DNA from: Alphaproteobacteria bacterium
Lineage (GTDB): Bacteria; Pseudomonadota; Alphaproteobacteria; Rickettsiales; SXRF01
Direction of reading: 5' to 3'
Length of the DNA: 64,000 bases
NCBI GenBank assembly: GCA_033763575.1
Contig: JANRKF010000033.1
Span: 6,278 to 70,277 of the forward strand
Positions 33,696-43,159 of the stretch are shown one piece after another. The notes beneath the pieces were generated by a model. The model ran no database searches and had not been told where the DNA came from. It was given only the letters and a program-made list of their open reading frames with translations. Within the stretch, counting starts at the first letter, position 1; every line of letters starts with the position of its first letter. The position numbers were made by a program, and so were the translations under genes.

Positions 33696-34937
33696 TTGTC
33701 CGTGGAACTATCGCGCCGGGAAGCATTGCTGGGAATGGTGGGAATGGCGGCGACATTTGCCGCGCCTCGCCTCGCCACTGGCAACACACTGGGCGGTGCG
33801 ACGCCGCTCCCAACCCCGGAGTGGGACAACCTCAAAACGCATTTCCTGATCGACCCGAACCTCACCTATCTCAACACAGGTTCGCTGGGCGCGGTGCCGA
33901 AGATCGTGCTGGAAAAGGTCGCCGCCGAAAGCCGCGCACTGGAGCAAAATCCGGCGGATAATCAATATCAGCTATTTACTGAAAAACTATTCGCGGTAAA
34001 ACGCGCAGTGGCGGATTTCATCAATTGTAAAACCGACGAGCTGGTGATGACCGGCGGCACCACTGACGGCATGGCGCTGCTCATGGAAGCGCTGCCGCTG
34101 GAGCCGGGCCAGCGCGTGCTCATCACCGATAAGGAATATGGCCGTATCCGCGAATATTGGGAATATTACTGCAGGCGTGCCGGGGCAACGCTCGACATCG
34201 TGAAGCTGCCATTATTGCCACGCGACGAAGCGGAAATCGTGACGCTGGTTGCTGCGGCAATCCGCCCGGAAACCCGCGCACTCTGTATCAGCCATGTCAC
34301 CACCGCCAATGGGGTACGACTTCCGGTCAAAGCCATCGGTGAAGCCATCAAACACACAGACTGCCTGCTATTGGTCGATGGCGCACAGGCAGTGGGCGCT
34401 ATCGAGGTGGATGTGCAGGCGCTGGGGTGCGATGCCTATGCCGCCAGCGGTCATAAATGGCTCCTGGGACCGAAAGGAACCGGCTTTCTCTATGTCGCGG
34501 AACGGGCGAAGCAATCCTTCCCCTCGCCCAAGCTGAGCGGTGGTTATGGCGACCGCGCCAACACCATCAGCGCGCAGAATTTACCGAATATCATTGGGCT
34601 GGGCGCATCCCTTGAATGGCTAGCTAAACTCGACCATGCAAAACGCCATGAGCGGCTGAAACTGTTGCGCAGCAACCTTTACAACCGGCTTGCCGCGTTG
34701 GAATGCCTGGAATTGCTTAGTCCACCCTCGGAAAGCCCCCTTTCCTCGCCGCTGGTGGCGCTGCGGCTGCGCGATCCGGCAAAACGCAAGGGAATATTGG
34801 CAGCGGCGAGCAAAAAAGGCATATCAGTCAAAACCATGGGTGAACAGCAGGCCGTTGATCTGCGGGTCGGCTGCCATATATATAATAACGAACAAAATAT
34901 TGTGCGATTTATCGATTTTTTAATTGAATCTTGTTAG
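33696..34937 (+). CDS. class V aminotransferase-fold PLP enzyme with a putative Tat signal
   Basis: Twin-arginine motif SRREALLGMVGMAATFAAPRLA. Class V fold pattern (LNTGSLG, HVTTANG, ASGHKWLLGPKGTG). The start is uncertain (TTG 33669, TTG 33696 or GTG 33702). GAGGAG lies at 33685-33690. Confidence 0.8.
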   Translation: MSVELSRREALLGMVGMAATFAAPRLATGNTLGGATPLPTPEWDNLKTHFLIDPNLTYLNTGSLGAVPKIVLEKVAAESRALEQNPADNQYQLFTEKLFAVKRAVADFINCKTDELVMTGGTTDGMALLMEALPLEPGQRVLITDKEYGRIREYWEYYCRRAGATLDIVKLPLLPRDEAEIVTLVAAAIRPETRALCISHVTTANGVRLPVKAIGEAIKHTDCLLLVDGAQAVGAIEVDVQALGCDAYAASGHKWLLGPKGTGFLYVAERAKQSFPSPKLSGGYGDRANTISAQNLPNIIGLGASLEWLAKLDHAKRHERLKLLRSNLYNRLAALECLELLSPPSESPLSSPLVALRLRDPAKRKGILAAASKKGISVKTMGEQQAVDLRVGCHIYNNEQNIVRFIDFLIESC

Positions 34938-34999
34938 TATTGAGACAGTAGTAGTGTCTAGGCAGCGCTAATGCCTGTAAAAAAAACACCAGAAAGACG

Positions 35000-35695
35000 A
35001 TGCATAAAACCAGCTCCATTAAAATAAAAAACGGCTTTTCGCTGCTGGAACTGTCGATAGTATTGACCATCATCGGGCTGCTGGTCGGCGGTATTCTGGT
35101 CGGCAGAGCGCTGATACGCGCCTCAGAGGTTCGCTCGGTTGTGTCCGATGTCAACCGCCTCAAAACAGAAATCAGCACCTTCCGCCTGAAATACGGCACG
35201 CTTCCGGGCGATGCGATCAACGCCTCGACCTACCTTGGCGGTTCTGCCGTTAACGGCAACAACAATTCCCAGATTGATTACCTGCTCGGCCTGCCCGGCG
35301 AGGAATATTACGCATGGCAGCATCTTGCGCTCGCCAAAATGACGGCGGGTGATTATGACGGCTCCACCACCAACCTTCCAAAGTCCAGAATCAGCAACGG
35401 TTTTTACCGCATCTCTTACCAGACAAACGTGTATGGCAAGAGCGGCAACATGATCTCGTTCAACGCCCTGAACCAGACATTCAGCCTCGCGCATGATCCG
35501 ATCCTCAACCCTGCCGACGCCCATTCGATCGATGGAAAGCTGGACGATGGGCTAGCCGATAAAGGCCGGGTGCTGGCGTTTAATCCCGAAGGGGTTCCCG
35601 GCTGCGTCACCAACGATTACACCGCCGGTTCCGGTGACTACATCCTCACCAACAATTCGGTGCTGTGCAAAATGTTCTTCATCCTGGAATATTAG
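35000..35695 (+). CDS. prepilin-type N-terminal cleavage/methylation domain protein (type IV pilin/pseudopilin-like)
   Basis: KNGFSLLELSIVLTIIGLLVGGIL is the class III signal (G/FSLLE). The rest is a 200-aa variable globular part. Confidence 0.75.
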   Translation: MHKTSSIKIKNGFSLLELSIVLTIIGLLVGGILVGRALIRASEVRSVVSDVNRLKTEISTFRLKYGTLPGDAINASTYLGGSAVNGNNNSQIDYLLGLPGEEYYAWQHLALAKMTAGDYDGSTTNLPKSRISNGFYRISYQTNVYGKSGNMISFNALNQTFSLAHDPILNPADAHSIDGKLDDGLADKGRVLAFNPEGVPGCVTNDYTAGSGDYILTNNSVLCKMFFILEY

Positions 35696-37688
35696 GATCT
35701 CGTCCTAATGCTCGGTAGTATATCTCGTCATAGGCTTTCGCTGCACGAGTGATGGAATAATCATCAATAATCCGCTGCCTTCCCCTCTCCCGCCGCGCAC
35801 GCTTTTCTTCTTCCGGAAGGGCCAGTATCGCCGTCCAGGCCTCGACCAGCGATTTCGGATCGTCGGTAATGCTGTAGGTGATACCCACATCCTTCAGCAG
35901 TTCCGGCATAACCCCGGTGTGGGTGGCCACGCTCAGTGTTTTGCATGCCATGGCCTCCGTGACCACAAGCCCGAAGGCTTCAAATGAGGAGTTGAGCGTA
36001 TGGACATCAAGCGCCGAATAAATATCGGCCATATCATTGCGTATGCCCAGTATATGCACCCTGTCTTGCAATTCCAAGCTTGCGACCAGCTCTCGCAAAG
36101 CAATGTTTTCGGCCGTACGCTTGCCACAAAACAGAAAATGGGCATTCGGGTGCGACAATGAAAATAATTTAGCGGCGATCGTGAAATGCGGATGACGTTT
36201 GAGAACCGTGCCTTCGCTGGCCATGCCGATCAGCAGCGTATCATCGCTGATTCCAAGCTCCTCCCGGATGCGTTTCCTGCCTTCGGGGCTATATTGAAAC
36301 CTCTCGGCGTCAGTACCATTTTCAATGAGCGTGAGCAGTTTCTTCTTATAACCGAATTTACGGCAGGTGTCATAGGCCGGCTGTGAGCAACAGATGACGA
36401 TGCGGGGGATGAAGCGCCTGAGGAAGGTCTGCTGACGCACATCGAGCGGATAAGGCGGTTCCGGGTGCACATTATGAATACCCCAGATGACCGGCTTGCC
36501 GAGCAGCTTGGCCATGATGCCGCCAGCGATATTGGACGGCGGAAGCCACGTCGTGACGACATCGGGATCGGTCTCGCGGATGAAATCAAAACATTTCCTG
36601 TAACCTTCCGGATCCCACTTCCCATGCACCAGCTCGAAGCTTTTATAGGGGATGCCGTGTGTATGCTGAATATCAGCCAACCGCTCTCCCTGCTCAGACA
36701 GCGACAATACCATATGTTCGAATTTTTCATTATCGCTGCTGGCAAGCAGGCTGGTCATGATGCGTTCGGCACCGCCGGCATAGAACCATTTGGCTATATG
36801 CAACACCCGTATCCTGTCTCTTGGCACCCGCAGGCGACGCAATATCCCCTGCTGTTTCAGCATACGGAAATACTGCTTGCGATCGCGATAAACATACCAG
36901 AGATACTTATGGATCAGCCGCAGGTGAATAACGCGGTATTCGGCCAGTTTTTTCTCGCCGATGCGCTGGGTGACACGCGGATCGTTAAAAACATGGTCGA
37001 ACATCTTGAACAGCTCGGCGGGATTATCCGGCACCTCAGCCGACACATTCTTGCCATGTGTGCGCAGCGACAGCAGCACCCGGTCGCCGACATAGACGAT
37101 ATCGCCGAGCAGCGACAGGCGGCACCATGTCACCCAGTCTTCACCCTGACGTATGCGCTCGGGGAAATCGACTTTGGCCAACACTGCACGCCGCATACAG
37201 ATATTGCCATGGGAGAACAAAGGGCTGCCCTTCAGCAGCGACGGAAGCACATCGCCGGAGACAATATGCTCCGGCGGTGGCAGGATGCTGTCCCTGATAA
37301 AAGCGCCATCCTCCTCCATCCGCATTTTCCGCCCATACACACCGATGGCCTCAGGATGAGCGTCCATATTCTCAACCAGAAATGGAACCGCTCCCGGCAG
37401 CAGGATATCGTCGGCATCGAGGAAAATAATATAGTCGCCACGGGCGTTCATCACGCCGGTTCGCCGCGCAAGCGCCTGCCCCTGGTTCTTCTGGTGGATG
37501 AGCCGCACCTGTTTATAGGCCGAGCAAATGGCCGTGATTTCCATCTCGGCGGCGCGCTCCGATCCGTCATTCACCACCACGATCTCCAGATCATGATAAT
37601 TCTGCGCGAGGACCGAGCGGATCGCTTCGTCGAGAAATTTCGAGACGTTGTAGACGGGGATGACAATAGAAACATGCGGTGTTTTCAT
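35679..37688 (-). CDS. bifunctional glycosyltransferase (N-terminal GT2, C-terminal GT4)
   Basis: GT2 domain: VSIVIPVYNVSKFLDEAIRSVLAQ, VVNDGS, FLDADD. GT4 domain: the C-terminal half with EAFGLVVTEAMAC. It lies 7 nt downstream of the previous GT gene. Confidence 0.85.
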   Translation of the reverse strand: MKTPHVSIVIPVYNVSKFLDEAIRSVLAQNYHDLEIVVVNDGSERAAEMEITAICSAYKQVRLIHQKNQGQALARRTGVMNARGDYIIFLDADDILLPGAVPFLVENMDAHPEAIGVYGRKMRMEEDGAFIRDSILPPPEHIVSGDVLPSLLKGSPLFSHGNICMRRAVLAKVDFPERIRQGEDWVTWCRLSLLGDIVYVGDRVLLSLRTHGKNVSAEVPDNPAELFKMFDHVFNDPRVTQRIGEKKLAEYRVIHLRLIHKYLWYVYRDRKQYFRMLKQQGILRRLRVPRDRIRVLHIAKWFYAGGAERIMTSLLASSDNEKFEHMVLSLSEQGERLADIQHTHGIPYKSFELVHGKWDPEGYRKCFDFIRETDPDVVTTWLPPSNIAGGIMAKLLGKPVIWGIHNVHPEPPYPLDVRQQTFLRRFIPRIVICCSQPAYDTCRKFGYKKKLLTLIENGTDAERFQYSPEGRKRIREELGISDDTLLIGMASEGTVLKRHPHFTIAAKLFSLSHPNAHFLFCGKRTAENIALRELVASLELQDRVHILGIRNDMADIYSALDVHTLNSSFEAFGLVVTEAMACKTLSVATHTGVMPELLKDVGITYSITDDPKSLVEAWTAILALPEEEKRARRERGRQRIIDDYSITRAAKAYDEIYYRALGRDPNIPG

Positions 37689-37695
37689 GCGTGCA

Positions 37696-39780
37696 TTAGG
37701 CTCCCAATAACCGGCTCAACTGTTCGATTTGCCGGGGCACTGAAAAATATTTTTCTACTCTCGCCCGGCCTGCCATTCCCATCAGACGCCGCCCCGCATC
37801 CGCGAGCGCTTCCACCTGCATCACGGCATCGGCGAGCGTTGCCGGGGCGTTGGGCGGACAGAGTATGGCACATTCCTCGCCGACCAGATGCGGAATGTCA
37901 ATAAATTGAGTGGTGACGATCGGCAGCGCCATCGCCATCGCTTCTTTCAGCACCATCGGCGCGGTGTCGCGGCTGCCGTTGCCGCCCTGCCGGAACGGGG
38001 CGATCAAAGCGCGGTAGGCCGGGCCATGTTCACATAACCACGCGGAATTTTTTGCGCCGAGGAAACGAACATGCTCCTGCACGCCAAGCGTTTCGGCCAG
38101 CGATTGCAAGCTCTCACGCAGCTCGCCGTCACCCACCACATCCAGCGCCGGGCGCGATGGCTGCGGCAGCAACGCCCATGCGTGCAGCACATCGTCCAGC
38201 CCCTTGCAATCCACCATCCTGCCGACAAAAAGCCACCGCGCATGCCGCAGCGATGCATCGGCCAGCGGTGCAAAACGCCCGGTATCCACACCGCAATAAA
38301 CCGTGTGGCATGGCGTTTTCGGGGAGATTTTCTGCACATCGGCCGTAATGGTCGGCGCCACGGCAATCACGGCGCTGGCCCAGCGGCATTTCAATTCAAG
38401 ATCGAGCGGGCGGGCATATACGTCCGAACCGTGGCAGGTAAAGCTGACCGGAATCCCAAGCAATCTGGCCGCCGCAATCGCATAAGTAGCCGCACCCCAT
38501 GCGAAATGCGCGTGCACATGCTGGCAGCCATTTGTTTTAAGATGCTCGGCCATGTGCGCTGCATGCACTAAAAAAGCCCGGAGCGGTTCGGTGGTCTGCG
38601 ACAGGGCATAGGGCAGGATACGCCGGAATGTGAAAAAATATTTCCGCAGCAGCCGCGTCGATTCTTCGGAGCTGATACAAGGAAAATACAAGGTACGCGC
38701 CGCCAGCGGCGCATCCTCCGGCTGGTATTCGCCTTCCGGAGGGTGCAGCGCCACAAGCGTGACGCGGTGGCCGGCCTGCTCCATCGCCCGGATTTCCTGA
38801 CCGATAAAGGTCTCCGACATCACCGGGAAGCGCCCCAGCACATAGGCGATGCGCAGGTGGCCCTCCACACTCTTTCGTGGCTTATATTCCTGCGGCGCAA
38901 GGCGAAGCAGGCCCAGCACACGCCCGGCCATGAAGCAGCACACCATCATGGGATGCATCACCGGATGCGTACCGGACAGCGCATGACGGAACAGGCGGAA
39001 AGCATAGCGCCCGGAGTCTCCCATGGCATGCACGACCCGGCGTATGGCATGGCCATATCCTTCCAGCATGATATCGGAGGCGGTCATGGTCGCGCCGATA
39101 CGCAGGTGGCGGCGGGCAATCCACTGCCAGCGCGCCCGGCAGGCCGGAAGGCGGCTTTCCACCACCGCCTCATGACACATGACGATCGACGCGCCATGGC
39201 GTTTCGCACGGCGGAAAAAATGATGGTCGCTACCGCCGGTATGGGTGAAAACCGGGTCAAAGCGCAGGCCCATTTCGCGGCAGAGCCGGGTGGAGAACAG
39301 CACATTATTGGTCCATGCGCTGTCCAGCTCGGTGCCGGTGGGAGTAGGGTCCGGCGCAAAAATATCAAGCACGGAAAAATGGGCGTGCTGTTCATCAAAT
39401 GTATGAACCACGCGACCCTTCACCACCTCGGCCCGGCAGGCGACAGCACAGCGATAAAGCGCATCCAGCCATCCGGAATCGGCGATGTCGTCATCATCGA
39501 TGAAGGCGATGAAATCGCTCTCCATCGCTTCGGCAAGCGCCCGGTTGCGCGCATGCGGAATACCACGCCGTCCTTCCACCACATAACGCACGGGAAACGG
39601 CATGGCGGCGGATGAGACGGCATGTTCCGCCGAACGGGCCGGGTCGTTATCCACCACCAGCAGCGACACATCCACCCCTTCGGGAAGCACGAGCGCCTTG
39701 AGCGAAGCAAGCGTGTGCGCCAATGAATCGGGCCGCCCACAGGTGATGATGGCGATGGTGATCGAGGGGCGCGCACTCAT
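37696..39780 (-). CDS. bifunctional glycosyltransferase (N-terminal GT2, C-terminal GT4)
   Basis: GT2 domain: ITIAIITCGRPDSL, VVDND, FIDDDD. GT4-like C-terminal half: LFVGRMVDCKGLDD, PMVLKEAMAMALPIV. Its ATG overlaps the upstream stop (ATGA). Confidence 0.85.
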   Translation of the reverse strand: MSARPSITIAIITCGRPDSLAHTLASLKALVLPEGVDVSLLVVDNDPARSAEHAVSSAAMPFPVRYVVEGRRGIPHARNRALAEAMESDFIAFIDDDDIADSGWLDALYRCAVACRAEVVKGRVVHTFDEQHAHFSVLDIFAPDPTPTGTELDSAWTNNVLFSTRLCREMGLRFDPVFTHTGGSDHHFFRRAKRHGASIVMCHEAVVESRLPACRARWQWIARRHLRIGATMTASDIMLEGYGHAIRRVVHAMGDSGRYAFRLFRHALSGTHPVMHPMMVCCFMAGRVLGLLRLAPQEYKPRKSVEGHLRIAYVLGRFPVMSETFIGQEIRAMEQAGHRVTLVALHPPEGEYQPEDAPLAARTLYFPCISSEESTRLLRKYFFTFRRILPYALSQTTEPLRAFLVHAAHMAEHLKTNGCQHVHAHFAWGAATYAIAAARLLGIPVSFTCHGSDVYARPLDLELKCRWASAVIAVAPTITADVQKISPKTPCHTVYCGVDTGRFAPLADASLRHARWLFVGRMVDCKGLDDVLHAWALLPQPSRPALDVVGDGELRESLQSLAETLGVQEHVRFLGAKNSAWLCEHGPAYRALIAPFRQGGNGSRDTAPMVLKEAMAMALPIVTTQFIDIPHLVGEECAILCPPNAPATLADAVMQVEALADAGRRLMGMAGRARVEKYFSVPRQIEQLSRLLGA

Positions 39781-41030
39781 AACCAGAACCGCCTCGAATT
39801 ACGCAGAAAATATTTGACGGCGACCAGGATATCTTCATTCTCTTTTTGCCGCCACTGCCGCATCAACCATGCTTCACGTCGCCGGGAAAGCATGTTCCAG
39901 CGATCCTCATGACGCGCCGAAACGGCCATACGGGCATTCGCATATTCTTTTTCGACCTCCCGCCAGCGGTCTTCATGTTTTTGCACTGTATCCATCCAGT
40001 CCGCATGATAGTCGTCGAGCTGTTTTTCATGCGGCCTGCGGCGCGGCAGATCTTCCATATCGATTGCCTCAAGCGCTTTCAGCACTTCTTCCCTGCGCCG
40101 GTTGTGGTGGTCGGCGGCGGCCAGTTCCCGCGCCTTGAACTCCTGCAATCTTTTCTCCAGCCACGCATCAACTTTCTCAACCTCTCCTTTATATCGATCT
40201 TCCAACAGCGCAAAAGATGCGTTCCAATCCTCTTCACGTTCCGGATATTTTTTATATCGCTTACGCAGGCCGCCGATAAAAATACACAACGCTTTCCATT
40301 TTGCGGCGATAAAACCACGGTATTTTTTATGCAAATATAGAAGCGACCATTGGCTGCTTTGCATTCTTAACAATAATAATTCTTTTGTCACCGGGCAGGC
40401 ATGGCCGGGCTCGTGCCGCACGTCCAGCCCCTTCACCAGCAACAGGTCATACCCCGCCCTCCGGGTACGGATGGATATATCGTCATCCTCGTAAAACAGG
40501 AAAAAGGCGGGATCGAAAAAACCCACCTGACGCATCTGCTGCATGCGCCACAAAGCAATCGCACCGGACACAAAGCTCGCGGAAATAATGCGTGGATTAT
40601 CATAGCTCATCGGTGTTGGCAGCACATCAATTTCGATAGCGGAACCACGCAATGCTTTTGTGGTAGGGTAATGATCGTTACCTTCGATCAGCGGCGCGAT
40701 AATCGCCGCGTTCGGACAGGAATCGGCGTATTCCAGCAGTAATTCTATCGCCTCGGAAGCAATGGTCGCATCGGGGTTGAGCAACAAGGAAAATTCCGTC
40801 GCGACCAGTTCCAGCGCCTGGTTGCAGGCGGCGGCAAACCCGTAGTTCCCACGATTATTCAGCAGCCGCACACGCGGGAATTGCGTACGCACCAATTCGA
40901 GCGTAGAATCGCCGCTGGCATTATCGACGACGATGCACTGCGCCACACGCGGATGATTATACACACATCTGAGCGCGGCACTAATCACGTCGGCACTGTT
41001 ATAGGATACGATAACGGCGGTAATACGCAT
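39777..41030 (-). CDS. GT2 glycosyltransferase with a ~150-aa charged coiled-coil C-terminal extension
   Basis: ATG 41030 gives MRITAVIVSYNSADV. Contains VVDNASGD and FFLFYEDDDISIR. The tail is rich in E/R/K/W (EDRW repeats). Confidence 0.8.
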   Translation of the reverse strand: MRITAVIVSYNSADVISAALRCVYNHPRVAQCIVVDNASGDSTLELVRTQFPRVRLLNNRGNYGFAAACNQALELVATEFSLLLNPDATIASEAIELLLEYADSCPNAAIIAPLIEGNDHYPTTKALRGSAIEIDVLPTPMSYDNPRIISASFVSGAIALWRMQQMRQVGFFDPAFFLFYEDDDISIRTRRAGYDLLLVKGLDVRHEPGHACPVTKELLLLRMQSSQWSLLYLHKKYRGFIAAKWKALCIFIGGLRKRYKKYPEREEDWNASFALLEDRYKGEVEKVDAWLEKRLQEFKARELAAADHHNRRREEVLKALEAIDMEDLPRRRPHEKQLDDYHADWMDTVQKHEDRWREVEKEYANARMAVSARHEDRWNMLSRRREAWLMRQWRQKENEDILVAVKYFLRNSRRFWL

Positions 41031-41047
41031 AAAGACAGCAGGCACCA

Positions 41048-41899
41048 ATGGGTTCAACAGTTACAGAAGAGCGCGCTCTCGTCAGCGTTATTATCCCGAC
41101 CAAAAACCGGGACGCCTACTTAAGACAAGCGATCGACTCCATCTATACACAAACTTACCGGCATTTTGAAATCATAGTTATCGATGACGGCTCCAGCTAT
41201 GACATAAAAGCGTCGCTTGCAGGCTACGATGACCGCCTGCACTATTACGCACAGGCAGCGCAAGGCGCCGCCGCCGCCCGCAATCACGGGCTTGCAAAAG
41301 CCAAAGGCGAATTTGTCGCCTTCCTCGACGATGATGACCTCTATCTGCCCGCCCGCCTCGAACGCAGCGTGGCGGCGATGGGTAAGCACCCGGACGCGGT
41401 GTGGCTATGTTCCGGTTTTTCCTTCATCGATGCAAAGGGCGCGCCGCTCGACCGCCCGCCGATCATCCCGCTTAAAACCGAGGTGACGCTCCATGACATC
41501 GCCATGTTCACCTTCATCAGCACGCCCTCCGTGCTGGCGCGCCGCAAGGCGTTGCTGCGGGCGTGCGGATTCCCGGAAGGCGTCAAAGTCTCGGAGGATT
41601 ACCACACATGGGCGCGGGTGCTGGCGCTTGGCAAAGGGCTGGCGCTGCCGGAGGTGCTGGTGCGCGTCCGGCTGCATCCGGGCAATACTAAGCTCCCCTG
41701 CCATGCGCTGCTGCGGGAAAATACGCGGATTATCGATTACCTGCTCACCCACTACCAGCCAATGCTGATGCCACGGCGGCATTATATCGACAATTTATAC
41801 CGGATTATTAGTGAAAACCTGCGATATAAGCGGAAATGGCTGGCCTATGGCTGCTTCCACCTGCATCTTTTTATCAGGAGGGCCTTCGACAAGGGGTAA
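41048..41899 (+). CDS. GT2 glycosyltransferase
   Basis: Contains VSVIIPTKNRDAYLRQAIDSIYTQTY, IVIDDGS, FLDDDD. Confidence 0.85.
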   Translation: MGSTVTEERALVSVIIPTKNRDAYLRQAIDSIYTQTYRHFEIIVIDDGSSYDIKASLAGYDDRLHYYAQAAQGAAAARNHGLAKAKGEFVAFLDDDDLYLPARLERSVAAMGKHPDAVWLCSGFSFIDAKGAPLDRPPIIPLKTEVTLHDIAMFTFISTPSVLARRKALLRACGFPEGVKVSEDYHTWARVLALGKGLALPEVLVRVRLHPGNTKLPCHALLRENTRIIDYLLTHYQPMLMPRRHYIDNLYRIISENLRYKRKWLAYGCFHLHLFIRRAFDKG

Positions 41900-41990
41900 T
41901 TAATAGATTTTAAACCCTTTTACCTTTGTATAAAATAAGTAGATATAGTATGATAGTAGGATATAAACGGTTCAAACTCAGTTTAGAAAT

Positions 41991-42221
41991 ATGAAGCGCC
42001 GCACAAGTAAAAAAACGTCTTTCTCCGGTAAAATACGCCGCCACCGCCTGCCGCTTGCACTGCTGGTCGCGCTGTTTGGGTTCTGCTCGGATATTGGCGT
42101 GCGCCTCGGCATCTGGAGCAGCAATAATAACGGCGTCAGCGAAAGCGGACTGCTGCCGTATGAGAAACCCAACTTCCGTGCCTTCAGCGATATTTTTATC
42201 AGCGACGCTTTCGCGTCTTAA
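41991..42221 (+). CDS. small hypothetical membrane-anchored protein (76 aa)
   Basis: The ORF has GC-rich third codon positions. It has a basic N-terminus (KRRTSKK...RRHR) and one hydrophobic segment (LPLALLVALFGF). An AT-rich putative promoter region lies upstream. Confidence 0.35.
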   Translation: MKRRTSKKTSFSGKIRRHRLPLALLVALFGFCSDIGVRLGIWSSNNNGVSESGLLPYEKPNFRAFSDIFISDAFAS

Positions 42222-43105
42222 GCCACCTCACCTGAATCATCGAACGCGGAAAGCGGCAGCGTAACCTGCCGGAAATGGTGCGCGGCTTTTTCGGCTTCGC
42301 CATTCGCAGCATAGGCGCTGGCGAGATAGGTATGGATCCGGCACAGGCATTTTTCCTTTAGCTCGCGGCATTTTTCTTCACCCAGCGCCTGCGAAAACAC
42401 AGGATGAGCATGGATGGATTCATAGGCTGCCAGAATCAGCTCCGGATTTTCGATACCTTGTGCCGAGACATTTTTTCCATGCTTGCGCCGATGCAGCACC
42501 ACGCGGTTGCCGGCCGGAATAATCGTACCCACCAGCGCCAGGTGGCACCACAACACCCAGTCCTCTCCGACCGTCAGATGGGTGTTTTCTACGTCCAGTT
42601 TTTCCAGCGCCGCCTTGCGAATAATGATCGAGCCGTTACAGAAGGGAAGCTTCCGCTCCAGCAAAAACTCCAGCACCCGCGCCCCGGAGACAATCCTCGC
42701 ATCGGCAGGCATGATACCGCCGGTGAGACGCCCTCCTGCATCCATCATCTGCACCCGGCCATAGGAAGCGATCGCATCCGGGTGCTCACGCAACGCCCCA
42801 ACCAGGAAACCGAGTGCGCCGGGTTGCAACACATCATCTGCATCAAGGAAAAACACCAGCTCCCCGCTGGCATTCGCCACACCAAAATTCCGCGCCGCCG
42901 CCGCGCCGCCATGCGGTTGCTGCAGCAATTTCACCAAAGGATAGCGCTGGCAGATCGAGGCGATGACAGCGGCATTTTCCGGCGACGAACCATCATCCAC
43001 CACCAGCACCTCCTTATCGGCATAGTCCCCGCTGGCCGCAGATTGCACCGCTTCTTCAAGGAAGGCGGTGATTTCATATACCGGAATGATAATTGAAACA
43101 TGCAT
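42218..43105 (-). CDS. GT2 glycosyltransferase (paralog of the N-terminal domain of 35679..37688)
   Basis: ATG 43105 gives MHVSIIIPVYEITAFLEEAVQS. Contains VVDDGS, FLDADD and GEDWVLWCHLAL, which matches GEDWVTWCRLSL in the fusion protein. The track start is 43147. Confidence 0.85.
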   Translation of the reverse strand: MHVSIIIPVYEITAFLEEAVQSAASGDYADKEVLVVDDGSSPENAAVIASICQRYPLVKLLQQPHGGAAAARNFGVANASGELVFFLDADDVLQPGALGFLVGALREHPDAIASYGRVQMMDAGGRLTGGIMPADARIVSGARVLEFLLERKLPFCNGSIIIRKAALEKLDVENTHLTVGEDWVLWCHLALVGTIIPAGNRVVLHRRKHGKNVSAQGIENPELILAAYESIHAHPVFSQALGEEKCRELKEKCLCRIHTYLASAYAANGEAEKAAHHFRQVTLPLSAFDDSGEVA

Positions 43106-43159
43106 GGAGTGGAGGCTCCTCAAAACGTGGGCAGTTGATTTAAACACCCGGTATGCTAC

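Noticed and set aside
36465-37904. 479-aa ORF antisense to the GT2-GT4 fusion gene
   Set aside because: It is a shadow frame. The minus strand has the DXD and GT4 motifs and operon-style junctions.
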